Source of the DNA: Paragordius varius
Lineage: Eukaryota; Animalia; Nematomorpha
DNA length: 64,000 bases
Direction: 5' to 3'
NCBI GenBank assembly: GCA_964247055.1
Contig: OZ176053.1
Span: forward strand, 5,704,001-5,768,000
Part shown: positions 27,441-41,603 of the stretch, piece after piece
Layout: every line of letters starts with the position of its first letter
How positions within the stretch are numbered: position 1 is the first letter of the stretch
Program-made: the position numbers and the translations under genes
Notes under the pieces: generated by a model
What the model was told of the DNA's origin: nothing
Databases searched by the model: none
Seen by the model: the letters and a program-made list of their open reading frames with translations, nothing else

Positions 27441-30118
27441 TTAAAGCACAAACTTTTGAGTGGCTAATGTTTTATCCTTGTCTTGTTTATATTGCTGGTG
27501 AGTTAAGACCAAATCATTATAAAATGATTTATCAACATTTTCCGCAAAAAACATACCAGCTTCAACGGGAAACATAACAGGATCGTCCGGTAAATAGCAA
27601 TTGATTTCAGTGTTTTCTAGTATTAAGATTATAAGGAAAACTACGTAAAACTATATTACATGGTTGTCTCGATAAAAAAAATACCATTTATTTTTTACGT
27701 TTTGACTTATATCAATATTACTGTAATATGAGATAAATTTGTTATAAAACTAAGTATAAAAAAAAATTTGTAACTATTTAAAAAAATGTTTCACTATACT
27801 AGTTTTTACAACATAATATTTTATTTTTTGTGTAAAAAATCAATCACATATTTACTTGGTGTCAAAGCCTTTAATTCAGTTACTAGGCGTTTAACAAAAC
27901 CTGGAAATTTCGTATTACCACCAATTAATAAAATGGCAGAGAGATATTTAGCATTGGTTTCAGATAACTGCGTCGTTTCGTTATTTTCATTGGTGGTTGT
28001 TAATGAATCAATGCATAGCTCTGCTATACCCATTTGTCGCAATCTAATTGGATTTTTTTGGAAAAAAATGATTAAAAAAATTCGTAGTACCAAACTAAAA
28101 ATTACAGTTATTTTAATTTTACCTCAAATTCACCCTTGAACAATCCATTCACAATTTGCCTAAAAATATTATGTGTTTTTTAACATTACAAATTACCTAT
28201 ATTTTTTAAATTTTAAAAAATTGAAATTTGTTTAAAATTAAAATAATAGTGAAAAAATAATAAACTATGCCATAAAGATATATTTTATATTAATATTGAG
28301 TTATCAAAAACACATAACTGAATTTGAATTGTTCAAGGGTGAATTTGGATTGTTAATGGAATATATAATTATATTGACAAAAATGGCGACCTGCAAAAAT
28401 GGAAATAGTACGTAAACTTAGAGTTATTAGATTTATAAACTAAAACCGAAAACGATATTTGAATTTAATAGCAACATTATTTCTGAAAATGAGTAGGAAA
28501 AAAATTTTGGTTCTCAGAGGTTGATTACAATAAATTATTTGACGAAACACTAATAAAATAAGTAATATCACAAATTATGACATTTAAATTCCTTTATACA
28601 AACAATAATGTCATGTTTACAATGAAAAAAAAGTATGGAATATTTATTTGCTAATCTCATTAGATTAATGGCAAATTATTTATTCTATTCATTAAAAAAA
28701 ATATTATCGCGTATTTGCGAAAACAATAACCAGCCATTAAAGAGATGGTTTGATAACTGTTTTATCCGTATAAATGTGTGATATAAATATAAAATGATAA
28801 TAACCCAATATCTGAGGGGTGAAACAATAATTCTGGAACCGTTATTCGTTCATTAGTGAGTTTAAGGGTCTGTAAATCTTCTATATCAAGGTTATTTTCC
28901 GTCGTTGTTTCATTGTCTATAGGCTTATGATCAATAGTATTTGCATCAATATTTTGCAAGCTGGCTACATTTGACGATTCCTTTTCGTGGGATTTAATAA
29001 AACCTCGATGAACTTTTTGAAAATCCGGTAAAACGTACTCGCAAAATAATGGATTTTCTTTCCTTAAACCTTAAAAACATATAGATGTGTAAATTAATAT
29101 ATACCATTTAGACTTCAAATTCACCCTAAAATAAATTGCGTTTTTTTAAATTAAAAATTACTTACATTTTTTAAAATTTTAAAAAATATCAAATATTGTT
29201 TAAAATAATACTAAAAAAATAAACTATTTCATAAAGATATATTTTATAATGATGTATAGCCGGAAAACACAATTTATTTTTAGGGAGATTTGGAATTGTT
29301 CAAGAGTGAATCTTAATTGTTTAAAAGTAAATTTGAATTGTAAATGGTTACATTCGTGGAAAAGTTAAAAAATGTTTACCGTATAGTGTGCAGGTTTGCA
29401 TATCAGATTCAAACGTTTGCGAAACAAAACATGCAGTTTCTTTCAACTGATTAATTACGTAAGTTTCTTCCATAACTTGTAGTTGGCGATAAGAAAGTAT
29501 GTCTTTAAGGTAATTTGTTAAAAATTTTCCACCAATATCTAAACAACGTAATTTATCCTTATCCTTGTAAATCTTTTGTCCTTGCCTATGGAAATGACTA
29601 ATATGTGTAAATGAATAACCAGAATCAATTACAATACATTGATTGATTGAATTAGACGAGAATAGAAATTTATAAGCGGCCAAAGCAGATGATGTTATTT
29701 GAAGGATAGAATTAATTCCATAATCTTCAAACATTATTTCGCTCAAAGAATCAGTAATGAAAGGAAAATTCATGTGTGGAACAGTAATTATGAGATTCAC
29801 TTCATCAAACTTTTGATTGGGTAAAATATGGTTAAATACACGTTCCCATACCTGTTTTTCAATATTCCAATTAATTAAATATCCTTTTTGGAAGGCTTTT
29901 TGGTAAAAAAGGGCTGATTTATCAACAATTTTCTCAATTTGCTCGGCTATAAAAGGGGTTCGTCGTGATTCTAATTTGGCTTTCACTATACAATTTGGGA
30001 TTTTTATTAAATTTGCATCTCAAACTTCAATTATATGTAAACCTTTATCGTTTTTTATCCCAATCTTGATAATGTCCGCACCGTTGTCCATAACCAAAAA
30101 TTTTGGTAAAATTTGCAT
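27441..30118 (-). CDS. ACTR6: Actin-related protein 6 (SRCAP/SWR1 H2A.Z-exchange complex), 4 exons
   Basis: MQILPKFLVMDNGADIIKIG; KIPNC...FQKGYLINW; IVIDSGYSFTHI; GGKFLTNYLKDILSYRQLQVMEETYVINQLKE; EYVLPDF; LTNERITVPELLFHPSDIG; ILLIGGNTKFPGF...LKALTP; stop TAA at 27443-27441. These match ARP6-specific motifs. Confidence 0.95.
28122..28365. mobile_element. MITE family A copy, degenerate, in an ACTR6 intron
   Basis: tcaaattcacccttgaacaa at the left, gaattgttcaagggtgaatt at the right, with the shared core (ctatgccataaagatatatttt). Confidence 0.7.
29100..29350. mobile_element. MITE family A copy filling most of ACTR6 intron 2
   Basis: TATACCATTTAGACTTCAAATTCACCCT...GAATTGTAAATGGT inside the 310-nt intron at 29070-29379. 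Confidence 0.8.
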
Positions 30119-30173
30119 TTTGAATTTTAAACCATACACAATATTCAGCCATTCATTTAACCATTTCAAAAAA
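30119..30173. promoter_or_regulatory. 55-nt spacer between the divergent ACTR6 and PRPF6 start codons (bidirectional promoter region)
   Basis: ACTR6 ATG is at 30118-30116 (-) and PRPF6 ATG at 30174 (+). The spacer contains an Initiator-like TCATTT at 30153-30158. Promoter function is inferred from position only. Confidence 0.6.
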
Positions 30174-33100
30174 ATGAGTCTAGCACCTCCAACCCTAATC
30201 AATAAGAAACGAAAAATATTCTTGGGACTTGAGGGTCCATCCGGATATGTTCCGGGTGCGGGAAGAGGGTAAATAATTTTATTTATAGCTATAATTATTT
30301 AAATGCTATATTTATATTACTTTTCTAGAGCTACTGGTTTTACCACCCGGTCAGATATTGGTCCAGCCAGAGAAGCCAATGATATTTCGTAAGTTTTTCA
30401 TAATATTTTAAAAAAAATTAAATATACTATTTTAAAATATTTTTTATTAACTAAAATATTGGTTGAAATTGATTTTAAATTAATTATTTTTTGGGTTTAG
30501 TGATGAACGACATGCCATGCAGAAAAAGGGTCCTTTAGCTTTGCCAAAAGAAGAAGAAAAGGATGAAGATGACGAAGATTTGAATGAATCTAATTTTGAT
30601 GAAGTTTCTATGATTTTTTGGCTTCTAAATTATAAATTTATTTTTGGTAAATAATTTGTAAAAACTTTGTGTATCTTATGGTTGGAATTATTTAAGTATT
30701 AATAATGTTTTATCTTATTAATAGGTTGAAAAATTGATGAATAAATTTCAGTTAAATTTTAATTTATAATTTTTCTAATAAATTTAACCATTATTTTTAT
30801 TTTTCTTAAATTATAATATTTTAACATTATCCTTTACCGATTCTGACTTACTAGCCATATTAATTATATCATTCTTACATATTTTAAATTTTTGATACTC
30901 AATATAAAATTTAAAGGGCCTTATAAAATATATTTTTTGTCACATGGGCCGTGCTCCATATGCCGACAAATATTGCATAGCTGTTTGACACATATGCAGT
31001 TTTATATAATCTAAATGGCATTAAAGCTTAAAAAGCAGTTTTAGGGCCGCGGTTAGATATCTATAATTATACTAACTATATTTGTAAAATTTTAAATAAT
31101 TTGTGTGATAGTTTGCTGGATATGGTGGGAGTTTATTTGCCAAGGGACCCTATGAGAAAGACGACGAAGAAGCAGACGAAATTTACATGACAATTGATGA
31201 TCGGATGGATGAAAGACGTCGTGAACGCAGGTTTTTATGGAAAAACTCTTTTATAAAAAATATGCTTTTGTCAAAATAAAATTTAGTTTTTAAGAGTGAA
31301 ATAAATTTTATTGAACTCTGTAGTTAATATGCCATTATAATATAAAATTTCAACCCTTAGTATTAGTTATTTGCTCTTTTCGTAATTCACCCACTAACAC
31401 TTTTTTCGTTTAGCATTTGTCATTCTCCAACATTAAAAATTTATTTTAGAAATATAATAGTTTTTGAGCAATGTCAAAGATTATTATTTGTTTTTGGGTA
31501 GTTTACCTTATTTTGTTTCTCTCCTATTTTAATTTAGTAAATTTTTTTATTTTTTTAATCAAAATACTTATTTAATGTGCATTTTAAATAAAATATTTAT
31601 TATAAAAAAAATATTAAAAATATATTTTTTACCAAATATCTAAATTTTAAGTTTATTTAGCTTAAAACACCTAATTTTGGCTCAAACTAAATTAACAAAA
31701 ATTGAAAAATGATCAATATTTGTAGTTTTGTTTTTTAAAACACCTAATTTTGGCCTAAATGTTAACAGAATTCGTAAAATGATCAATATTTGTAGTTTTT
31801 TTGAATCCAATAGAAACAAATATTTTAATTATCACATACATTTTTGTAAAACTATAATTCTATAATGTCATTTTTATTGTTAATTTAAAAATGACAGTTA
31901 TGTATTTGATTTGATTTCTAACAATTTAATTAAATAATTTTATCATCCCATCTTATAGGATTATCCAATGTTATTGCCAGCAATATTATGTAATTATTCT
32001 TATATATATATATAGAGAAATGAAGTTCCAAAAAGAAATTGAAAAGTTCCGTCAAGAACGCCCAAAAATTCAACAACAGTTTTCGGATTTAAAAGTAAGA
32101 TTCACATCCAGCAATCATTCACTTAAATTTTTTATAGTTTGAAATAATGCATGATGTTCACACACTTTGATTGTTTTTTTGGGTTTGTTTTTCTTCTTGG
32201 TTTAACAGTAAATATTAAAACTTCAAGCACAAAATTTAAACTAAAAGACAAATATATTTTTTTAAGGACAGCTATAATTTTTTAACCTTGATTTATTCTA
32301 TATAACTTATAGTGTTATTTATTAAATTACAAAGGTAAATTAAAAAATATATTATCCTCTTTTTTTACGTTTTATCTTCATAATTTTAATTCTTATTTTA
32401 CTTTCTATCGTAATTTATCGTTTTTTAGCGACAATTATCCCAAGTAACTGATGAACAATGGGCAGACATTCCTGAAGTTGGAGATGCCCGAAATAAAAAG
32501 AAACGCAATCCAAGAGCCGAAGTATAATTCAAAAATTATTGATATTGATAAATTATTTTTAATTACATATTTTTTCAAAATTATTAATCGAACAATAAAC
32601 ATGTGTTTTAAATTATTATAAGACAATGATTCATCAAAATAGGGCAATATTACCGATAAAATTTCAATGCTGTTTACATATGCAGATATTAACACTTGGA
32701 TACAACACATTGATTTTAGTCCTTCGATTCAAATTGGGGTAGTTAAATACCCCAGGCCTGTTTATAATTGACTTATTTTAAAAATATGGAATAAATCGAA
32801 ACCATGGCAAAATCTTGCACTTATATAACATTAATAAACCCAAATATATAAAAAAATTTATTTAAAAATACTTGTGATATTATTTTTTTTGAGCTAAAAC
32901 CGGAAGGTAAAAATTTAGTCAACGTGACATGTGTGCAATGGTAAAATTGAAAAATAATTCAAACTAAACAGCTTTTTCTATATCTATTAATGTTAGAAGT
33001 AATTAAAATAAAAAATTAACTTTAATTTTAACGTTAGAATTAAATAAACACGATATTTTGCAAAATTTTCGTAAAATAAAAATGGCGGCCAAGTAGTTTG

Positions 33101-36100
33101 ACATGGAACTTTTTTTTCAAAACAAAATTTTATTCAGATATTTTAGCATATTTATATAAATTTTATTAGGATAGAAGCTTATATTTAAATTGGGACCGTT
33201 TCCTTCAGTAGTTTTTTAAAAATCCTAACTCAAATTTAGTCTGGGGTATTTAGATACCCCAATTTGAATCGAAGTGTTAATACTAAAAATAAGGATTTCA
33301 GGGTTAAAAAAATTTTAAGGCCGCGTGCAACCCGTCGGCCTCGGTGAGAATACCGGTTATAGCATATCTGGTCATATTTTTTTCCAAAAGCTTTTAATAA
33401 TTATTATCCAACTAATTTGTTATGAAAACCATTGTATTGTATTAAATAACCATATATATACCATTTTAACTTTGAATTAATTCTTGAAAACTCTAATTCA
33501 CCCCAGATATCATATTTTTACTTTTTTTTCAAAACCACCCTTCATTACTCTTGAACATTTTGAATCGTAAAAATAAATTATGTGTTTCTAGGTCAAACAA
33601 ACTTATAATAAATATAAAGTTATTGTTGAAATTTGAGAGGGAGCATAAAGGGGAGTGAATTTAAGGTGTGTAAATGATATAAATAATCGATCAATTGTTC
33701 TTAGGTATACACTCCTATCCCAGACTCCGTTATAGCGGCTCCAACCGGGTTTGGCGGAGGCGGGCTTGGTGCAGCTGGAGCGAGCTCTCATGTGGCTCCA
33801 GAACAAGGAGGTGGCGGATTTACAACGCCTTTTCCTGGGAGCGGTGGAACTATTACACCATTTGTGACAGGAGGTTCGTTTAATTATTTTATTTGGTGCT
33901 ACAAATCAATTAAGTTATTATGGGATTGTTTTGATTATAAATTTTAATAGTTTTGCATAAACATTTAAAGTAAAATTTAATTTTGATTCTTATTGAAATT
34001 TATTTGTAAAATAAACTAGTACTATGATACAAGCATCTTCTAATATCGTCTAAATTTCTAATATTTGACAATTAGTATACATGAGTGTACCATATTGCTG
34101 AACAAAATTTTTGAAGCATTAAATTAAGGTTATTGTTTCTTATTTTTGAAATGCTGATGAATCTCCTTTTTGCCGGACCTAAATAAGATTAATATTTAAC
34201 CATATCATATATTTTTTTACAAAACCAAATATATTTTTTGCAACAGTAGTTATCCGTATAAAAAAATCATATTATTTATTGTATTATTATGTATATTATT
34301 TTTTTTTATTTCTGCATCATTTAGCGGCTTACCCTGGCGGTTCAGTCACCCCTTTTGGGGGAGGGGCCATGACTCCTTGGGGCGGTTTAGCTACCCCATC
34401 AGGCTTGAAATCTGGAGATTTGGATCTCAGGCGAATAGGTCAAGCTCGAAATGCTCTTATGGATATTAAATTAACCCAGGTATGATGTAAAGATTATACA
34501 TTCTTAAAAGATAAAAAGAGCGCTTTGGATTATTTTTAAAATAAGATCCGGTGCAATTGATCGTTTGTAAATAAATTTAGTTATGTACGGTTATGACAAG
34601 TTAATTTATACCATATGTTGTAAATTTGTAAGATCGAAATTAACTATTTAATTTGGTTTATATGGTGTTAATCAATCACATTTTATTTATGATTGAAACC
34701 GCTTGTAAATGTAGTTTTTGCGCTATATTCAGTTGATTACACAAAATGCAACTTATCTCTCAATATCATTTTTAAAAATTTGGTTTCAATAGTGTAATAT
34801 TCACTAAATTTATGTGATAATAAAAAATTTGATACCATAATATGTTTCACATAATTTTTTATAATCTTTTTTTCAATTTGATTGGTTATAAAAGCAAACC
34901 CAGTCTCGGTAAGGTCTGCATTTTGACAATCATACTAAAGTACATTTTGCAATCTTGAACCTCATTTTGTTGCCTTGTTCTTATACAGTGATTTTATAAT
35001 TCTTTTATTTAATTTCACAATGACTATTCAGATTGTAGATTTATCCTTAGTATTTTACATATAACAACAATAATAGGTATCAGATTCTATTAGCGGTCAA
35101 ACCGTTGTTGATCCCAAAGGTTATTTAACCGACCTGCAAAGTATGCTCCCTTCGTTTTCGGGCTTTTTCGACGTGAATGATGTTAAAAAAGCTCGATTAC
35201 TACTTAAATCAGTGCGTGAAACAAATCCAAAACATGGACCAGCTTGGATAGCTAGTGCAAGGCTTGAAGAAGTTGCAGGTAATTATTAATCTATTGTTTT
35301 TAATCAAATTATTTATTTAACTTTTAATAATCCAATTTACTAGTAGCATATAGAACATGAGAATTAATAGTAGTAAAAAGTGAAATATAACTTTAAGTTT
35401 AAGCTATAATAATATTCTTTGCTTTATTTGCTCTCGGGCAAGAATTATTTGCAAACAATATATTTTTTCATTTATTTAAATTCATTTTAACTCATTCTTT
35501 TTACTACACATACCATATATTAGCACAGATTTACATATATTAGCATTGGAATTAACAAGGATTAGTGAAAATGATTATATATACTTATAGATTAACTAAT
35601 TACCGTCGACAAAAAAAGCATTAAAAACTTTATAAATGTTGTAATTAATCATTCATTTATTTATATTAATGTTAGGTAAATTACAAACGGCGCGTAATTT
35701 AATGGCCCAAGGGTGTCAAAGTTGTCCCACGAATGAAGATGTTTGGTTGGAGGCCGTGAGACTTCAACCAGGTGGCTCATCTGCAACATCGGCTTTAGGC
35801 TTAGGAAAAAAGGGTAAAAATATTTTGCAAACCACTAAAAAATTGGGTTTAAAGCGTTAATTTTATAGAAAAATGCCCTAATAATTTATTCATTACGTAA
35901 TCTTATAAAATTTTATGTCTTCGAACAAATAACTATGTTTGAAGGCAAAGATGTTTGATTATTAATTGACAACCTCCTTATTGATTATCACACTTTGCGT
36001 ATTCTAATTTTGAATTCAACAAAATTGGATTTATATCAGAAAATAATCAAAATCTATTTTGTACGCCTTGAGAAGTTATTATTATGTTTGAAACTTATTT

Positions 36101-39100
36101 TTATAAAAAATTAAACAATTAATTGCCTTTAAGATGGGAGGATGTTTGGTTTTTATGAAAATAGTTGATTATGTCACTCTTTATAAACAACATATATTTA
36201 TAGTTTAATAAATCATTTTACATAATTGTAGATTATGTTAACAAAAGTGTAAAAAAAAACTCTTTATTACAAATAAAAGATATAATATTTTTTTTTTAAC
36301 AAAGGTGAACGCAAAAAATCTGGTGCTAGTCATGAAGCTAAAGCACTTATTGCAAATGCCGTGCGACATATACCCAATAGCGTTAAACTTTGGATTAAGG
36401 CTGCTGAATTGGAAGAGGATATCAATGCTAAAAAACGAGTCTTTAGAAAAGGTATATTACGTATTTTTGGAAAAGTAAAATATTCTTAAAAACTGCATTA
36501 TATGTTGCAGTAAAGTTTTATAAAGAACCAATGTAAATGATTGTTAATTTACCCTGTATTTATAACCATAATTATAAGCTCTATAAAATAAATTTTATTA
36601 TATATTAAAAATTTATGAGTAAAAACGGATTTTTCAGTGTTTAAGTCAGCGGCGCTTTGTAAAATGTTTGGACTCTTAATCTTCAACTTTGCAACTTATT
36701 CTCTTTTGATTATTTAACTATTGGAATTTCGACAATTTGTCATGGTTTAGTTTATATTTTCATAATACTTTTGTCATTAATCAATGAATCACAAAGCATG
36801 TAGCAAAAATCAATATAATAAGCAATACTTAAAAGAAATTCTTATTAAAAAAACAATTTTTATTTTCAAAATGGAGTATGTTACCACTTACATTTCACTT
36901 ATTTTGCAACTCACATATCAATAGTTTTTTTAACGTTAAAATAATAAAATTTCTTTATAAGTTTTCGTGTTGATTTAAACTCCGAAAAATAGCATACATA
37001 CAACGCTATTTAAAAACAAGGCTACAGATATATTGTTAATAATTATAGCGGTTGAACAAATTTTCAATCGATATTTAAGCATGAAAATAGGGGTAATAAC
37101 AGTGTATTATAAATTTGTGTTCATAACGCTTGAACAAAGCCCCAATATTTGTTTGCATTTTAAGTGACCAAAATAAAAACTATTTATGCAATTTTTTAGC
37201 GCTTGAACAAATCCCCAATATTTATGTTTTGTTTGCATCATTTTAAGCATATCTAGAAATACTAACTAAAAGAGTAAGGCTAAAAACTATTTATGCAATT
37301 TTTTAGCGCTTGAACAAATCCCCAACTCAGTTCGGTTGTGGAAATGTGCCGTCGAACTCGAAGAAGATGAGGAGGACGCCAAAGTCATGTTGGCTCGTGC
37401 AGTTGAGTGTTGTCCCCAAGCCGTTGATTTGTGGTTGGCTTTGGCCCGCCTGGAATCCTATGAGAATGCTAGGAAAGTCAGTTTACTTTTCTATTCAGCA
37501 GTTTTTTATTCTGAGATTTATTAATGTACGTGTGTACATTTAAAAAGGGAATACGTCCATAAAATAGCCCATTGGAAATAAATGAACTCAATTTTTTACA
37601 TTCAGATTCTCCCTTCTTTTAAAAATATTGCTCAATCAATTGTAACTTTTAAAATTGGACACGTTAGACCCTCCCCTGTGAATTAAGTACATTAATATTT
37701 AACAATTTGCACGAAAACCTATCTAAAAGTCGGATACGTTTTGCATGAGCTATAAAAAATATTTATATGAGGCCGGTCATACGATAAAGATAAATACGTA
37801 AATATTTTTGGCCATATGCGTATTGGTTTAATTTTAAGATTTTTACTGTTTATTTTTTTAAGGTGTAGTTTTGCCATAATATTTGGTTAATACTCTGTTT
37901 AGTGAGCCATATTTTTTAATAAAATAAAATAGAAACTGCCTTTTCCTTCTTTTGACAATTTGTAAACATATTTTTACATTTTAGAGAATAAATATAAGAT
38001 ATTATATATTTGATAAATGTATTGTTTCCTAACAATTTTAGGTCCTTAATAAAGCCCGTGAAAATATACCAACGGATCGCTCCATATGGATTACGGCTGC
38101 CAAGCTCGAAGAAGTTAAAGCAAGAGCAAATACTTCAGAAACGCAAACCGCTATTGATGAAAAAAGTAAAATTTATATGGATTGGATTATTTTTAGGCAG
38201 AAAAGTTTTTCATAAATATCTCTGGAACAGGATTATTTGTTTTAATTTTTATAGCTCCTTTAATAATTTTTGACATTTATCATCGCATCGTAACTTATAA
38301 AATATTTCTATGATTCAACTGAAACGAGACACTAATTTAATAACTCATGTAAATATTCGAACATCTTAAAATGTATTTAGTATTTAACCCTTGAAACTTA
38401 TCTGAATTTTCTCTCCTAAGTAAATCCTACAAATTAATACATATAGAAACAGATACAACACCATCCCAACCTCCGACCAAAAGTATGGCAGCCAAAATTA
38501 TTGAAAGAGCTAAAATCTCACTTTCTGCAAATGCTGTGGAAATTAGCCGAGATCAATGGATTTCTGACGCCATTGCCGCTGATACTACTGGCTATCCAGA
38601 AACCGCTAGAGTATTTTTATTTTTTCATTGATTTATTTGACTTTTAAATTTATATTAAGTAGTCCAATGTATGTGTATTATTTGAAAATCGTTAATCCTT
38701 AAAAATATTTTTTAGTGTATATAGTTAGTTATTCGAAAATCTTTAAAATTATAATCATTATGCTATCTATTACCTCGTTTAGCGAAATATAATGTAAGGT
38801 TACAATTTTTTTCGGTATTAATATATTATTTGTAGTTTTTTTTGATAAACCGTAAATTATACAGAATTGGCTTAATATGATTATATAATATTTTTTGATA
38901 TCTATAAAATGGTAGAATATATGTTTTCTTATAATAAAGTAGTTATAATCATAAATAATTTGGAATGTAAAACTATGTAATATTTTGTTTGGTTTATATG
39001 TATATTATCAATAAAAAGTGTCAATTTTTTAGTTTTATTTACTTTTTTAATTATTTTTGAGTATAAAAACAATTTTAACAAAATTTTTTTTGTTTCAATA

Positions 39101-41532
39101 GTTTTTTGAAAAAAAAAGATCCTTTTTGCACGCTAATCTATTACTTTATTTTCTTTTAATATAATTTTTATTACCTTTAAATAATTAAAATTTGATAAAG
39201 ATAAGTTTAAAATATAATATCAAATATATGATAGAGAGTTTAACTTCCTTTTATATAAAAAAATTTAAAACGAACTCTTGAAAAAATTGTGGTGAACTAT
39301 ATTAACAACGTTTCCATTAGGCCATTATAGATCAAGTTGTTAATATGGCTTTCCACACTTCCAGTGGTTCCTCAATGACACCAAATCACACAAATGAACA
39401 CGAAGATGATGAGGACGAAGGTTAATGTCATATAAAATATTTTTAATTATATTTTTATTTTTAATGCTTTTGTGTTCATTTTTTTCGAAAAAAAAAATGT
39501 TAAAATTTATAAATTTTGACTTTGCACAATATATTTATCTATTGGAATGTGATATAGCATTGGTATTTTAAAAATATCTCTTACATCCTTCATTTTACAT
39601 ATTTTTATATTTATTTTAACAAAAAAATTAATTAGATATTTTTTTACATGCCCTACTAGATGGAGAAAGCGATTATACACGTTCAGCGCTGTTAGAAGAA
39701 GCCGAAACATGTGAAACGAAAAAGGCTTATGAATGTGCGCGGGCCATATATAGCCATATCCTTGTTAAATGGCCCACGAAACGATCAGTTTGGTTACGCG
39801 CTGCACATTTCGAAAAACATTTTGGAACAAAGTTGATGATACTAAATAGATTAATGATATTTACAGTGTTAAAGAATGAGATTATATAGACAACAGCGCA
39901 GATATATATTCATATTATTAAAAAATATACAGTACACACATTGATGCTGATCAACTCAAATTATTGTTGGGTATTTGGTAATACAGTAGCGTATGGGTAA
40001 AAACAACAAATGATTGATATTTCAATGGACAAAATTTGTCTTAAATCATACGATATTAAATACAGATTGGCCAATAATGTGAATTGACCATCAAAAATTT
40101 GCATACTGTAAATATGAAACAAATTATACATATCATGTTTTAAAATCATATTTTATATACTAAATGGCCCATAAAACAATCAGTTTCCTACGGCTGCACT
40201 TTTCGAAAACATTTTAAAAAGTTTTTTTAAGTGTTAAATATTGGTGATCTAACACCTTTTATTAATAACATTATTTTAATATACAGGAAACCGACCTCCT
40301 GTCGAAAATAAAACATGGCCTAATATCCTTATCAAAAATATTATTGGCTCAAAAGTTACATAGTATTTACAAACTAATAAGCTTGCGTGACAGTAAACCC
40401 AAATTGTTTATTGCAAAGTAAAACAATATTGAAAAATCTGAAAAATATATGATGATCAGCATAAGCTAATTAATTTAAGGCAGAAAATATTTTGAAAATC
40501 AGTATGAGGCAGGTATACTTTTTATAAAAGTTTAGCAAAACTTTATACACTTTTTTGTTTGAATTTTACGGTGCATATATAATTTTATACGTGATATGTT
40601 TTAATTGCTTAATATATATCTTTTATCGCTATTTTTGAATTTATTATTATATATTTGCCAAATATATATGTTTTATAGGATTGTCTTTTTAATTTTATTA
40701 TTTTCTCAAAAAATATCAAAAGAGAATCACTTGATGCATTGCTTGATAAAGCAGTCGAACATTGCCCCAAAGCTGAAACATTATGGCTCATGAATGCAAA
40801 ACATAAATGGTTACATATGCCAGGAGGTGTTGATGCTTCTAGGTTTTATAATTATTTTTATTAAAATTTAAATTTTACTTTTGATCCGATTTATTGAAAG
40901 GCGATTAAATTAAATGATAAGCATAAAATATATTAACGATAACAAAACACCAAATATTAGTAGTTTAAGCCAAAAATTAACTAAATTGATAGGAATAACA
41001 AATCTTATTAGCCTCTTTTATATAATCTTAAGGAAAATTTAAGTATTGTCCTTGATGTTTACCTCATTATATTTCCTTTGGTCTTTTTATCTTTATATAT
41101 CCTTAAAACTTATTTCAATATAGCTTTTCCAACAAAAGCTATGTTACCAAAGTATCATTTTTTTGTTTTTTACACAGGGAAGTTTTAGCACGTGCCTTCA
41201 AATACAATCCCAACAGTGAGGACATTTGGTTAGCGGCCGTCAAATTGGAATCGGAAACGGGTCATTATGATCGGGCCAAAAAACTGTTGGCTAGGGCGAG
41301 GGCATCAGCTCCTACCCCTCGTGTTTTAGTCAAATCGGTTAAACTGTTATGGGCCCTGGATGAGACTGAGTCAGCTCTTGAACTATTATCGTTGTTGGAT
41401 GATGACAAAAATATGTCTGGTGGTGGTGGTGGTCGGTTTGAAACGTTTGATAAGGTATGGATCGAATTTAATACAAATCGTTATTTTAAGGATAAAACTT
41501 AAAGATATAAAGAATAGAGTATTGGATAGTTG

Positions 41533-41603
<71 letters not shown>

